A stretch of DNA of 64,000 bases from assembly GCF_009834535.1 (NCBI RefSeq), contig NC_045696.1, forward strand, positions 44,642,001 through 44,706,000. Reading direction: 5' to 3'. This DNA is from Camelus ferus (Eukaryota). Positions 1 through 14,859 of the stretch are shown here, piece by piece (position 1 is the first letter of the stretch; every line of letters starts with the position of its first letter). The notes beneath the pieces are model-generated. The model ran no database searches. It worked only from the letters and a program-made list of their open reading frames with translations, and was not told the DNA's origin. A program made the translations under genes and the position numbers.

Positions 1-2270
1 TGCATTAACAAAATGAAGAATAAAAATATGATCACCTCAATAGATGCAGAAAAAACATTTGACAAAATGAAACATCCATTTATGACAAAAACTCTCAACA
101 AACTGAGTATAGAGGAAATGTAACTCAACATAATAAAGGACTTTTATGATGAGCCCACAGCTAACATCATACAAAATGGTGAAAAGCTGAAAGATCTTCT
201 TCTAAGATTAGGAACATGACAAGGATGCTCACTATTGCCACTTTAATTCAACACATTACTGAAAATCCCAGTCAGAGCAGTTAGGCGAGAAAAAGAAAAA
301 AAAAAAAAAAGGCATCCAAATTAGAAAGAAAAAGTAAAATTGTTTCTATTTGCAGTTGACATATAATATATAGAAAACTCCAAATACTAGAACTAATAAA
401 CAAATTCAGGAAAGTTGAGGATACAAAATCAATGTATAAAAATCAATTATATTTCTATATACTAACAGTAACTATCAGAAAGAGAAATTAAGAAAACAAT
501 CCCATTTACAATAGCATCAAAAAGAATTTTAAAAAAAAGAATAAATTTAACCAAGGATATAAAAGATCTGTACACTAAAAATTATAAGGCATTAATAAGA
601 GAAATTGAAGAAAATACAAATAAATGAAAAGATATTCTATGCTCATGGATTGGAAGAATTAATATTGCTAAAATGTCCATACAATCCAAATGATCTCCAG
701 ATTGAATGCAATCCCTATCAAAACTCCAATGGCATTTTTATGGAAATAGAAAAAATAATCTTAAAATTTGTATGGAGCCACAAAAGGCCCCAAATAGCCA
801 AAGTAAGCTTGATAAGAACAAAGATGGAGGCATTATACTTCTTAATTTCTAACTATTTAAGAAAGCTATATATAACAAAACGGTATGGTATTGGCATAAA
901 AGCAGACAATTTGGTCAATGGAAGAGAACAGAGCATCGACAAATAAACTTATATGCATGTGGTCAATTAATTTACAACAACAGAGCCAAAAACATACAAC
1001 AGGGAAGCAATAGACTCTTCAACAAATGTTGCTGGGAAAACAAGCCAGCAACATGAAATAATGAAACTGGACCTATATCCTATACAAACATAAAAATTAA
1101 CTTAAAATAGATTAAAGACTTAAATTTAAGAACCTAAAAACTTAAAACTTGTAGAAGAAAACATAAGGATAAGCTTCTTAACATCAGCATTGGAAATGAG
1201 CTTTTGAATTTGACACCAAAAGCAAAAATTAAAAAAGTGTAATTATATCAAACTAAAATCTTCTGCATAGCAAAGGAAACCATCAACAAAATGAAAAGAA
1301 AACATGCTGAAAGGGAGAAAATATTTGCAAGGCATGTCTGATAAGGGGTTAATATCTGAAATATATAAGGAACTCACACAACTCAATAGCCAAATTCTGA
1401 TTTCAAAATGGGCAGAGGACCTGAATAGACGTTTTTCCAAAGCAGATATTCAAACTGCCGACAGTTACATGAAACCATACTCAATATCACTAATCATCAG
1501 GAAAATGCAAATCAAAACCACAATGAGATATTTGTTCATACTGTTAGAATCATTATCACCAAAAGATAAGAGATAACAAGTGTTGGTGAGGACGTGGAGA
1601 AAAGGGAAGCTTTGTACACTGTTGATGAAAATATAAGGTGGTACAGCCACTATGGAAAAAACAGTATGAAGTTTCCTTAAAAGATTAAGAATAGAACTAC
1701 CATATGATCTAGCAATTCTACATTTGGGTATGAAATAAAATTACTACCCTGAAAAGATATCTTAACTCCCATGTCCACTGCAGCATTATTTACAATATTC
1801 AAGGTATAGAAACAACCTAAGTTAGTATGGACAGATGAATGGGTAAAAAAAAAAAATGTGGCCTATACATATACAGGTACAATGGAATATTATTTCAGCT
1901 ATAAAAGAGAAGGAAAATCCTGCCATTTGTGACAACATGGATGAACTCTGAGGGCATTACACACTATGTGAAATAAGTCAAACAGAGAAAGACAAATACT
2001 GTATGATCTCACTTGTATGTGGAATCTAAAAAAACTGAACTCATAGAAATAGATTGTTAGTTGCCAGTGGTATGGTTACATGGGGTGGGAGAAATGAGTG
2101 AAGGTCTTTAAAGGATACAAATTTTCAGTTATTAAGAGGAATGAGTTCTGGAGATGTAATGTACAGTATGATGACTATAGTTAACAATACAGAGTGATAC
2201 ATTTGAAAGTTGCTAAGACAGTAGCACAAGGGAAGAATAGGTAAGTATGTGATGTGATGAATGTGTTCAT
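1..2270 (+). mobile_element. degenerate LINE-1, 3' part of ORF2 plus 3' UTR (L1MA-type)
   Basis: Decayed RT-region sequence (ttgtttctatttgcagttgacat, compare LFADDM). ORF fragments FFMEIEKIILKFVW and [13 protein letters not shown]1MA-like 3' UTR at about 2000-2270. Many stops and frameshifts. Confidence 0.93.
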
Positions 2271-3954
2271 TTTATTTTGAGTGTTATATCTCTTTTAGTT
2301 TTGTGTTAACACACATTTTCAAGTAGCACATTGATGCAAATTTCTAGTGGAAGTCATAAAATGTACTAATGATGATTTAAGATTTTTCTTTAGAAAATCT
2401 TGAAGAGGAAGTTGGTAACAACATAATTAATGGCATTTTCCTAAGGTCATTTTATTTTATAAAAAGAAAATAACGAACCATAATCTATTTCCACATGTTT
2501 ACATTTGTCTTTTAGAAGTACAGCTATTGAAAATGCAACTGTTGAAAAACCATTGGAAGCCTGTACAACTACATTGTATCTTCCAAGGTCAGCCCATTTA
2601 CCCAGAAGGAACTATTATTATAAATATGAAAAATGCCAGTGATCATTCACTGATATCAGCTGTAATTCTTCAAATGCCTAATGATTGTATTATCTTAGAA
2701 ATGACTGTGTTGAAAATATAAAAGTAACCATCTAGTGAAGTTTCTAGGAAAGATATCTAGTGTCTCTTTTATTCTTTACCATTTTTATTTGGTGAAGTCC
2801 TGGCAAGTAACTGCTAGGAACATCTGGGAGGACACAAAAGATGATGCAGGTTTCCAAGAACAAGCGAGGCCAGCTGGCTTGTCAAATGTCAGCATCTGAG
2901 GGTCGGGAGGACTGTTATTTTGATTTCTGAAGGTCATGCTACGTGGGGTTAGTGGTGAACACCTCTATCATACACCACCACTGTATGTCTAAGTCTAAAT
3001 TCATCTTCACAACTGTACAAACAATTTAGAAGTGCAAATACATGATGTCACTTCCCATGTGGAAATTACTGGTCAAAACTAGTACTGTCATTAAAATACT
3101 GAATGGCATATGGCAGGCCTAAGTATCAGCCACAGCATTTGCCAGCTGCCATTATTTTAGGATCTACAGATGAAATGATACCACTGGCAACTTCTTCAGA
3201 ATGGATTTTCAATCACAGCACTTCATGATGATGGAAAAAAAAAACCTTTTTTGTTTTTCCTGTTTGACAGCTTGTTGTTGATGTTATTATCAGAAAAGCG
3301 CTTTCTCTGAGTAAATATCTGTCCGGATTGAACACTACTATGGACAGGAGAGATTTTCAGCAGGCACTCATAGTTTCATGGTACACTTCCTGGAAAAAAC
3401 ACATTCAGATTTTGATCTATAAAAGGTATAGGAGAAACGTCTGAGACATCCAGCTGTTTACCACTCTGTAGGGAACTGCTGGACTTCAGCCTAGACTCAG
3501 CAAACTAACTTGTGAAGCAGTTCAGTATAGGTACACAATTTAGTAATGATGTAAGAAGGAAATGTGTACTCTGAACACATTGTATGTGTACTGGATTTGG
3601 GGATGTCCTCAATGAATACTTAAAACAAGAAAGCAAAAATGAGAAAAACTTTTCAATTGTTGAAAATGCACATAAGACATTCCTCTTTTGACGACCGTAG
3701 TAATACATGTTTTTTCCCCATGAAGTATTGACACTGAAAGAGAAATGTCATTGCTTCCTGCAAGACCTCACATCCTGGAATTTCCAAGAAGAGAGCAGTC
3801 ATATGTCAAGGAAAAGATATTGTCACTCTGGAGGCTGAAATATTACAGAACTGATTTCAAGTCTACTGTCTGTGGACTAGAAAACTCCCACATATTGCAC
3901 ATTGTTTCAGGAAATTCCAAACCTTTTCTTTCTACAGAAGATTTGAATGCAATA

Positions 3955-4365
3955 AAAGAGAAAGAAAAATACCATATGATATCACTCATATGTGGGATCT
4001 AAAAAAAAAGAAAAGAAAAAAGAGGACACTAATGAACTCATCTACAAAACAGAAACAGACTAGCAAACATAGCAAACAATCTTACAGTTACCGGGGGAAA
4101 GGGGATAGGAAGGGATAAATTTGGGAGTTTGAGATTTGCAAATGTTAGCCACTATATATAAAAATAGATTTTAAAAATTTCTTCTGTATAGCACAGGGAA
4201 CTATATTCAGTATCTTGTAATAACCTTTAATGAAAAAGAATATGAAAACAAATATATGTATATATATGCATGACTGGGACATTATGCTGTACACAAGAAA
4301 CTGACACATTGTAACTGACTATACTTCAATAAAAACAAAAACAAATATATCAAATTTAAAAAAAG
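3955..4365 (+). mobile_element. 5'-truncated camelid-type LINE-1 3' end
   Basis: KEKYHMISLICGI* ORF2 C-terminus, then 3' UTR and A-rich tail. Nearly identical to 34845-35215. Confidence 0.9.
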
Positions 4366-4394
4366 AAAATATGTTTCTAGACATATACCTTTAG

Positions 4395-4560
4395 TGCAGT
4401 GTGTCTCCAAGTTTGCTGTGCATAAGAATCACATGGGAATATTTCTAAAATGTGGACGCTAATTCAGTAGGTTTAGGGTGCGGCCAGGACTCCGCATTTC
4501 TAACCAACTCTCAGATGACATTGATGCTGGTGGTCTGCAGGCGCAATTTGAATAGCAAGC
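4395..4560. mobile_element. MER5-like hAT-Charlie MITE
   Basis: cataagaatcacatggga...ttcagtaggtttagggtgcggccagga...tgatgctggtggtc pattern. Confidence 0.7.
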
Positions 4561-4914
4561 CCCCAGAATACACGACATTGACAGCTGAACACTGTCCAAT
4601 CTATAATCTATGTGGGCAGCAGGGTCTATTAGTATTGGTGAGGATTCGTTGTTAAGAAAAATAATATTGGAAAACACTGCCTATTTACTTGAAGCATGTG
4701 TGCCTGGGAACTGAACGTTGGGATAAGGAACACCAGGGCTGAGGTTGACTCCCAGCACCCAAGTAGAAGCGGCAGTGAAAGTTTTAGCTGAGAACACTCA
4801 ATAGCTACAGTCAGCATCCCAGGCTTCTTGTTTTCAAAATAATTGAATATAATTTAATCTTGATCTCCCCCTATACTTCTGTACTGATGCTTGAAATTCT
4901 TTTAATAGTCCACA

Positions 4915-5290
4915 TACCAGTTTTCTAGGGCCGCCATAACAAAGTACCACAGACTGGATGGCTTACACAAAAATGCATTTTCTCAGTTCTGGAGGTTAGA
5001 AGCTTGAAATCAAGATGTCTGCAAGGCTGGTTTCTTCCAAGGCCTCTCCCGTTGACTGGAAGATGGCTGTCTTCTCCCTGTGTTTTCCCAGGCTTCGCGC
5101 TGTATGTGTCTATGCCCTAATCTCTTCTTACAAGGACATCAGTCATGCTGGATTAGGACCCAATCTAATGACCTCATTTTAACTTCATTACCTCTTAAGG
5201 ACCCTATCTCCAAAAACAGCCACATTCTAAGTGCTCGGGGTTAAGACTTGAACATAACAAACTTTGAGGGAACACAATTCATCGTGTAAC
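4915..5290 (-). mobile_element. MaLR LTR (MLT1B-like)
   Basis: gccataacaaagtaccacagactgg...cagttctggagg...aatgacctcattttaac...acacaattc. Confidence 0.85.
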
Positions 5291-5699
5291 ACTCTATATA
5301 ACCATAATTATAAATGTATATAATTGGTATGTAAGTATACACACACTTCTTTAAATGGGTACACTGACTGAGTTATATTGACCAAAACTAATTAAATTAA
5401 AACTAAAAAAAAAAAAAAAGTGTCATCTGAGTGACATGGGTCTCCTGGTCTTAGTGTCTAAACTGAGGAACTAGAAGGGCTGATATAGAAAAGAAGTAGA
5501 AAATCGGAGGCTTCAGGTGAAATAGAGAGTCTTCACCCATGTTTTTGTGACTCTCCATCCCAAATCCCCGAATCCCAAATCCACAGAATAGCTTATCAGC
5601 TCACTTAGGTTTCCAGATATAAACATAGCAGTTAATGATAGTAATGATGATATGATAATAACAAGATATTAATTGCCAATTTCACTACCTTACTATTTG

Positions 5700-6880
5700 C
5701 TCTGATGCTGCAAAAGCAAGTGTGGGTGAAACTGCTGATGCCCAAGCAGAAAACAAAGTAATAGCACCAAAAAAAAAAAAAAAAAAATTAGTAGTCATTA
5801 CCTTCTTTACTGCTACACACTTGCAGTAAAATGCCAGTTTCACTTAAGAATGTCTTTCATGAAGCAGTAAAGATTATTAATTTTATTTCATCTCAATTTT
5901 TGAGAGCATGACATTTTAACTATAAATCACTCCTGCTGTCCACTGATGTATGTTTGTCTCAAGAAAAGGCTCTTGTGGGATTTTTGGAGTTACAAGCTGA
6001 ACTAGTTGCTTTTACCATGAAGACTAAGTCTACCAGAATGGTGGACAAACTATGGTTATTCAGACTTGGGCATTTGGGATATATTTTCTCAAAAATGAAC
6101 GTAGGGAGCCTGACATTTCAAGGAAACAGCTGACAGCATTTGTTGGCAAGGACAAAATTTGAGCTTTCAAGCAAAAACCAGAGCTGGGGAAATTTATATC
6201 TGTCTCTATGAGCTTGACATCTTTCAATACAGAAAGATTTTTCTAATGAGATTAACAAATGTTACCATTTACTAATGTATAATAAAATGTTTCAACATTG
6301 GGAAATCTGCTTCAGTGGTCCAAAATTTTCCAAATGCACGATGTTACAAGATCAAGTATGGTAGAATATAAAAAGATGGTCTAACGATACTGTCATGGAA
6401 GTGAAAAGTTCATTGGTATAGTTTCAGTTTCCACACTGCTACTAACCTTTAAAAAATCACCATTTGTAGAGTGGAGTAGTGTGAAAAAGAATATCCAAAA
6501 GTTGTTTCAAAAATCTATTAAAATATTCCTTCCTTTTCCAGCTATCTTTGTAATGTTGGATTTACTTCATTTACTGCAACCAAAACAACACATCATAAAT
6601 GACTGATTGCACATGCAGGTATGTGAATTCAGCTATCTTCTAATAAATCAAATATTAAGTACCTTTTTTTTTAACTGTAAAATAATGCCACTACTTTTTT
6701 TTTGCTTTGGAATATACAGTTATTTTCATAAAAATGGTTTTTATATTAACATGTAATGGGTTAAGTATTGTTGTTTTTAAATGAGTTGCTATTTAAATAT
6801 TTTCCATATTAATTTCTAGTGCAGTAAATCAATGACTATAACCCAAGTAAACAAAATTCTCTATCATCTTCAGTAATTAA
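5700..6880. mobile_element. Charlie1-like hAT DNA transposon fossil
   Basis: Characteristic ccagtttcacttaagaatgtc...gaagcagtaaagattattaattttatt and gacaaactatggttattcagacttgggcatttg segments. Confidence 0.75.
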
Positions 6881-7434
6881 GTATCGAGTCCTAAGACCAA
6901 AAAGTTTGTAAGCTACTGCTCCATGCTTTTATTTTGGCTGGGGATTCTGCACAAATCCCTGTGTGATCACCTGTCCTTCTGATGTGAGCTAGACCAAGCA
7001 TGAACTTAGAGCCCCTTTTATATTTCTTCCCCCCACCCCTCAATACAAAATAGAGCTTCACCCTTACTTTCCTCAAGATTAACCTAACCACACTTATCTT
7101 TGCAGAGCTGGCAAGAAGCTTTAAAAAAAAAAAAATGTCCATCTAGTCTAAATCTTATTTCTCCACTTAGAGAAAGAAAACCTCTAACACTTTTTCTTCT
7201 TCTCCCTGAAAACACAGTCCAGACTCAGAGTCATTCCTGAGGAAGCTTTCATTATCCCTACCTGGGTGTATTCAGCCTGAGGGCAGGTGTTTCCTCAGCA
7301 GAAAGCTAACGATGAAGCACCACGGAAGGAGACAAAAATATTGCAAAGGAAGAGAGAGTTGTCCTCATCTAGGTCTAAGTTCACTGATGTTCTCAGCACT
7401 GCCATAACCACCATCAGCATCATACAGACAATAC

Positions 7435-7660
7435 CCAGAGCTACTGAGTCTTGTCCCTTATATGCCAGGCACTGTGCTAAGTACTTCAAATGAATTACCT
7501 CATTTAATCTTCACCTCAATCCTGGGAGGCAGATTTTATATTATTTCCACTTTATTAGATAGGAAGTTGAAGTTGAGAGGTTAAGTAAATAGCCCAAGGC
7601 CTCAGCTAATAAGTGGGGTGATCTGGGATTTAATTAAACCACAGTCTTAAACATTCAACA
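7435..7660 (-). mobile_element. MIR SINE
   Basis: tgccaggcactgtgctaag...catttaatcttcac...gagaggttaagtaaatagcccaagg. Confidence 0.8.
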
Positions 7661-8270
7661 GAAAAGCTCCACTGCTTCCTAGTAAATGTATGAACAGAGG
7701 GATAAATGAACATCATTCTGAGAGGCCTCACTTGCCATTTTGTTTTTGTCAAAGTCCCACTTCCCTAAGGATGGGGTAAGAAAAGTGACTGTGTTCAAAA
7801 TCAATGTTTATGACTTTGAGAAGTTATTCTGGGACACTTTTTGTTAAGCTACAATAGAAGAAGTTTTATTCTGAATGACTTTATGAACTTTGTTTGTTTA
7901 CATACTATCATTGTAAACGCAATTTGTCTTATATAACTTCCACTTGTTGATTAAAAGAAATCCAAAAGTTTGTCTGATAAGACATTTTTTTCCCCAACAC
8001 AAAATTTAAGAAGGTCCTTATCACATGGAGTCTTACATGAGAGATTCTAGGTTATGGAACGGACAATGTCTTCAACTACCATTTCCCAAGCAATAAAGAA
8101 GTGTCATTCAAATGGCCATTTCTTTTATCAACCATCTATAAAAGCATAGAGCATAGTATTAAATCATATATCCATGAAAGCATTTCTGAAAGGAACTAAG
8201 CTAATGTCACTCAGGTCTGTTATTCCGGCTGCCCTAACTTGATACAGAGACTCAGCTTAGAAAACCTAGA

Positions 8271-8360
8271 GGGGAGAGGGTAAGGCTCAGTGGTAGAACA
8301 CGTGCTTAGCATGCACAAGGTCCTGGGTTCAATCCCCAATACCCCCATTAAAGAAAAACA
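8271..8360 (+). mobile_element. camelid tRNA-derived SINE (Vic-1-like)
   Basis: gctcagtggtagaacacgtgcttagcatgcacaaggtcctgggttcaatcccc with A-box, B-box and A-rich tail. Confidence 0.88.
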
Positions 8361-9237
8361 CCTATAAAATGAATAGTAAATATATTCTTACTCTCTGTTA
8401 TTACATCCCAATAGAGATGATGGAAAGCGTTGGCTCACAGTCAGCCCTTGATTAGACTTCCTGACATTGCCTGAAGAAGTGATACGATGTTTGGTTTGTT
8501 AGAAAGAAATCCTATGCCTCTGATGTCAAATGTTCAGACAGCCGGCAAATCTGTGTTAAAAGTTTAGAAGTCTGCTGTATTCTCAGCAAGAGAAACACCC
8601 TAAACTACATCTAGGTAGGGGTCAGGCATGTCTTGGCATTTAGCTGCGTTTTTTTCTTCCACTCTCAGAGGAGAATCTAAGTTTCCCTTAATAGACAAGG
8701 AACAGCCCTAGTTCCTGAGCCTGAGTTTGGGTGAAACTGACCCTGAAGGGGCAGATTACAGAACTAAAGACGGTATGACAGACAGTGCCCTAGAGTAAAA
8801 CACAATCAAAGAACCACAGAGGTTTCCATCAGAGGGGCTCAGCAGAGAAGCAGAATGCTAGGAAAAGTCAGCTAGACAGAAAGCAAAGTTATCAGAGTGG
8901 ATAAAGGGATTCCGAACTACAAGTAGGAGATGCTGGGACCAAGGTTTATTTTCAAATGTCCCCAGGCCCAGTGTATTTGATGAAATGGATTTGTAGCTAT
9001 AGCGAGCCTGCTTAAGCAAAATCTAAAAGAAATACTCAGTTGAGACCACAATCACCACCATCACTACCAAGTTCCTCCCCACCCGCCCCACCCCCAGGAA
9101 ATACAGAAGAGAAAGTCATATTATTTCCAGAATAAAATCTTACTAGAACTGGTTAATTTTAAACTTCAAATATCTTTTATTTGAACATACTTAAAATTAG
9201 CGGGAGAAAAATTTAAGTCTACTCAGAGTCATGCCTA

Positions 9238-9668
9238 TTATATTAGTTTCCTATTGCTGCTATAATAAATTACCACAAACTTAGTGAATTAAAACAATAC
9301 AAATTTATTATCTTACAGTTTTGGACGTCAGAAGTTCAAAACGAGCATCTCGGGGCTAAATCAAGGTTTCAGCAGGGCTGCGTTTCCTTCTGGAGGCTCC
9401 TGAAGATATTCTATTTTCTGGCCTTTTTTAGCTTCTTGAAGCTGCCTCATTGTCTTTCTGCTCCCTCATTCACTTGTAAGGATGCCTGTGTTTACATTGG
9501 GTCCACCTGGATAATCCAGGAAGCTCTCCCCATCTCCAGGTTAACTGATGAGCCACCTTAATTCTATCTGCTACCTCACTTCTCCTTTGCCATGTAACAA
9601 ACTGTATTCACAGGTTTCAGGAATTAGGATGTGGCCATTGTACGGAAGCCATCATTCAATCTACCACA
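9238..9668 (-). mobile_element. MaLR LTR (MLT1D-like)
   Basis: tattagtttcctattgctgct...accacaaacttagt...cacctggataatccagga...ctaccaca. Confidence 0.85.
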
Positions 9669-12600
9669 CCTGCCAACAAAATTCACTTACTGCTACTTTA
9701 AAAAAAATTAAAATGACACCACAGCCACAAGCCAATAGTGAGAGATTTGAAGGTATGCAAGAGCTTTTAACAATTAATTTGCTTCTTGAATCAATTAAAA
9801 CAAATCTTTCAGCATGACAGGAATGCTCTTTGCTCTTTGGCAAACAAATTAAGAAATTCAAATTTATTTTAAGAAGCTACAGACTAAGTATAGAGTTAAC
9901 TGAAGTATTATAATTAACTCATGTCAAGATCACACATATTAATAGATAGTTCCTGACTATCTATTAATAAACTTGTTTTTAAAAAAGCCTCTTAAATTGC
10001 TCTTACAATCTTGTTAACATAGTTTTATACATTTATTTGTATTATAAAAAATTCCTGTATTTATTTATTCATAGTATGTCAGTAGTCAATGGATTATACG
10101 TACATAGTCATTGTGAAAGATAATATATCAAGATTCAATCTCAAAATTTGTTGAGAAAGGTGTTAGCATTGCACTCTGTGAGAGCATCTGTGATAAAATG
10201 GCTTTCTAATTTGAGGTGGATAAAGGACTTTTCATTAATAAAATATATTGAAACTTGAGTCCATCCTGAGAATAATAGGTCTGAATTTTATTTACAATAA
10301 CATAGATAAGATCTAATCATTCAGTGTTGAAACTGAGAAATTCTTTTCAAAAAAATTCATGTCCTTTTTAGCTTTAAATTTTTTAAATCAATGAGGTTAC
10401 TGGATCAAGCTTTAAGAAAATCCTGGAAGTTAGAGAATGCAAATGAGTATGTCATAAAACTGTAAAACCTAGAGAAATAATATGCCTAGTCTTTATTAGA
10501 TGATTTCAGTCATTTATCTTACAGAAGTAATTCCATTAGAAATAGCATTCTCCACCCTACCTTCATTATTGGATTGGAACTGAAGGCTGCACCCAGAACT
10601 CCTATTGACTTAATTCAATTTTTTAAAGAATAAGTTACTTATAAAAGGATTTTAACTCAATACATTTATGTGTGACTTCATCTGAATTCCAACTGAGGTG
10701 TTGTCTCTCTAACTTTGTCAATCATTCTTATTATATTTTGTTTTATTGCTCTTTTTTCAACTTCCTGGAAGTCTTGATGAAGAAATGGAGGTTGGGAGTC
10801 ATGGTTTAAGCTCAGGCAGTCAAAATTAATTTATTAACAGTTCTTTCTAAACTACAGCTGAGAGGATCTGTTGCAATTCCTTGGACTCAGAATGTTACTT
10901 GCAAAACTAAAGCAGCCATTTCTCTATTTTAACCCTCCTCTGTCCTCTGGTCAGCCTCAGGGACCACAATATGAAGGATGGATTAAGAGTATGGGGACTG
11001 TAGTCTTTTTCAACCCTGACTGAAATAACTATTTCTTGAATTGAACCAAACAAATAAAGGATAATGATTAGGAAGAAATAATCAACTTTTAGTTGGATAT
11101 AGCCCTTTTATTTATCCCATAGACCATGTATTGGAGAGATACAATTTTCAGTACATGCTAGTAATTCATCACCTAACTCCAAACTCTGCTCACCAACACC
11201 ATCTTCCTTGCTTTGCTGTTGCAATTTCATTGAATTTCCACCTTCTTCCATGCAGCCAAGTGTTCAAGGAAGGTGACTTTATCGTCAGCCCCAATCCCTG
11301 TCCCCTTCTTTTTGAGCAAGCTAAAAGCTATGACATGTATGCCATTATAGTTTTTCCTGCAATTTACAAAACCCTCAAAATGAATTTGAACTGTGGAAGA
11401 TCTAGAAAAGCATCCATGAATCAAGTCAGTACAATGAACAGTTTCTCTCCACTCTTTAGCTGTCACTAATCCCTTAAACCACTTCATCCTTTTACATATC
11501 TATGTGAATCATTGAATCATACACTCTTTTCTTAACCTTGTAATAGGACTAAGGACACATAAGAGGTTGAGCCGCTTACTGTATTTCTCAAAATTATTTT
11601 AGGTTGCTTAACTTTTAGCTCTTTCATTTCTAACCAGTCTTTTTCACAGACACCACCAAACACCTGCTGAAGCCACTGGGGACTCTTACCAGGGCAAGGC
11701 TCTGCAGTAGTGTCAGCTTGAAAACAAGAGAAGTCGGCAACTTGGTTGACATCCTGCTTTCACAGCACAGAAGATGGAAAAAAAATCCTGCTTCAGGAAA
11801 AAGATGATGGCAGACACTTCTGTTGAGGAAAATCCCTTGATGAGCCACGGCAAGCTTTTCAAGATGAGAAATACGAGGGTATAGACAACCAGAGCTGTAG
11901 TTTCCTACATAATAAAAGGAGGACAATGCAAGAGAGAACGTGTTCAGACGAGGAGAAGAGAGAGGAAAAGAAACAAAGAGAAAAAGGAACCGCATCAGCA
12001 GTCTGCTTGTTACCTAGCAAACCCTTCCAGCACAGCTGTAGCTCAGTCCGGAAGAAAACTCTCAGGGACACCGAATATATATTGCTTCCCTTGTTTGCTG
12101 TGATTTACATAAAAACATAAGAAAAAGAGAAAAGAGTACCATGTTCTCTATTGTTAAAGTCAAAAGCCTAATATTGTAGGAAATGAATTCTAAGCACTGA
12201 TAAATAGAGGAAGTAAGTTCATTATGGTGAACGTATCATCTTGGATCAGAACAGAACAGGTAACAGAAGATAGAGTAGGACAACATGGACTGAAGAAACA
12301 AAAGGGCCAAAACACATGTAAAAGGTGACAGAGCTGGGCAGAAGCACTACTAGATTCACCAAGTCAGCAGGAAATGATTTTGGACCCAAAGCAGTGCAGG
12401 GCAATAAACTGAGGGTTTGCCTTAAACCTGAAACAGGCCTGGGATCAAAATCTGACTCAGGCAAACCAGCGTGATCTTCAGCAAAATTCCTTTTGCCCTT
12501 GAACTTCGGTTTCTCTATCTATGAAAAGTAATATCCAGAAAGGTCCTTGGAGCATATTAAGAAGTTATTTCATCACTAAATATTTGTACTAATAACCAGA

Positions 12601-14859
12601 CATCTCCAGATATACCTTATTTTTATAACCGTATTTATAATCTGTTTCATAAATTTTTGTTTACAGTAACAGTCCATTTTTACATAACTGATAAAATTCT
12701 TCTGTTACCATTATAAAATCCTGGAATGAAAAACAACTTCAGCTCTTACTAAGGAGAGATAGTCAACTGTGTTGGACTCAACCAACATCTCTTCACCCTG
12801 GTGTCCTAATTGGGAAGACATACTTCCCCTTAAATTTCATTTCACCACACTGACCTGGACTTGCAAAACTGAAACCTTGAAACATCTTGCATGTTCCTGA
12901 CACACAATAAGGCTTAATAAATTATGTTATCTTTATGTCACAAACGACCCTTGAACAGCAATTGTGTTGAAACTGAACATAACATACACCCAAAATATTT
13001 CATCCATTACATATCTGTTCTCATATAGATTTTCACTATGTGTCTTAGTACAGCTTTTACTTGCATCAGTTATCTGAAAACAAGCTCCAGCACACTCTTT
13101 ACAATGTAGATGCATGCGATGAAACACAGAACATTAACTGTAGAGTTAGGGTTGAAATAAACTGACACTAAGCCATATTATTTCAAAACAGTTGAATTTC
13201 TCAACTTACCCCACCCTCCAGTATCTTTCACACCTCCCCCAACCCTGCCTGCCAATGTTAAGTTTATTAGATTTGATCGAAATCCTTTGCTTTGCATTAA
13301 ACAGTTTTTGCTTGGTGCTTTTGGCTTGAGATCTGTGATCACTGAAAAATGCTAATATCACATAGACCAGGCAAACACTTTTGCTCATAAATATTGGATG
13401 TACTAGTATTTTGCATGTTTTATGCTTCTTTTGAATTCTAACATTTAACTGAGTACAGTATTACTTACTTTCATTACTCATTGAACTAGAAATAGAAATG
13501 TGAAAATGCTGATGTAACAGTTGTGGTGTTTTTAATATTAAATATCAATAATTATATAATAATAAAAAAAAGAAAAATATACACTTATTGTGCTTCAGGT
13601 AGGGGAAAATGTCTTGAATACAAAACAAATTATCTGCTGACATTCAATTTGCCAAAAATCTCAATAAATTATTTTGCTAAGGATAACATCATTTATTCTC
13701 CACTCAATCGTCATTCTCTTAAATGGTTTTTTTCATGTTTCAAAAAATCTCTATTTTGGGTCAATAACTTGGCTTCATTCTTTATCTACAGTGTCCCTGA
13801 ATCAGTAACAGAGTAGCAAGTTACATTCCAGAAGCATTGTAATATTCTCAAGAATCTATATGAAGTTCTGTATATTCCAAGTGATTTATAATATTTTGTG
13901 TTCTTCCTCAACATCCTAATCTGTTGTCCATATTTTAAAACAAAAGCCAAAAGAAGGCTACATTCTTTTCAACAGAAAAATAGTTGGTAATAACTTACAA
14001 CAAAGTAAAACTTTCACAAATGCAGGTTATATTTTTGACTGTAACAAATATGATATAGATGTATAAATATATAAATAGGTATTCATTTCTTCCATTTATC
14101 TAATATATTCTCAATCTGATTCTGGATGCACATAGTTTCCTGTGATTTTCAAACTCGTCTGAGACTCAGAACACTGCAGAATAGTAATGTTTTCAGTTTC
14201 TTCCCAGAAGAAAGCCTAGACAGGTCTAATCGGCCACTCAGACAGACTTGGAAAGGAGGTCTTTAAGCACTACCTGCGGAACACCACCAGATGCAAGATG
14301 GTGCCATCACAGCACTGGAGTCAGCAGCCTCAGTGTACATGGGAAAGGGTGTGCCCACACTTGCTTTGACTCTCTATTATTTCAAGCCCTGGGGGAGAGC
14401 TCGAGAGGATACTTGTGTTTCATTGCCATGTATTGATTGAGAGGCTGCATAGTGAAGCAGGCAAGAATAAGAAGTGAATGCACCTGCACACAGTTCTTCT
14501 TCTTGACAACTTATCTGACTCATCTGAACCCCTCTTCCAGTGGGTAAGCTGGAAAAACTACTGTCTAATTAGGTTTTTCCAATGATTAAATAAGAAAATA
14601 TATGTGCAATTTGGTTGATAGTGAAGTTTTAATAAGCACAAGCAATTATAGTGTCTACAATTATAATGACATTTGGGACATTCATATTGGTATAAGTCAT
14701 GAACCTGAGCTTTAAATTGCTTATCATCCATTTGGGAGTCTTAGACTTAAAACCTTAACACTTTCATCCACTCATTCATTATATTCATGTTTTTCATACG
14801 ATCACTTGGTCAAGGATTTTATTAAGTACTGTATAATAATACAAGGCAAAATACTTCAG

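Noticed and set aside
605..1576. ORFs of 90-113 aa as host genes
   Set aside because: Frameshifted pieces of L1 ORF2.
3955..4330. Near-identity to 34845-35215 and 15660-15866 suggesting a segmental duplication
   Set aside because: Similarity is confined to the L1 3' end, so these are independent insertions of one family.
8271..8360. tRNA-Ala-like genes (also 31539 and 34165)
   Set aside because: Diverged dispersed copies with A-rich tails and imperfect acceptor stems; these are tRNA-derived SINEs, not tRNA genes.
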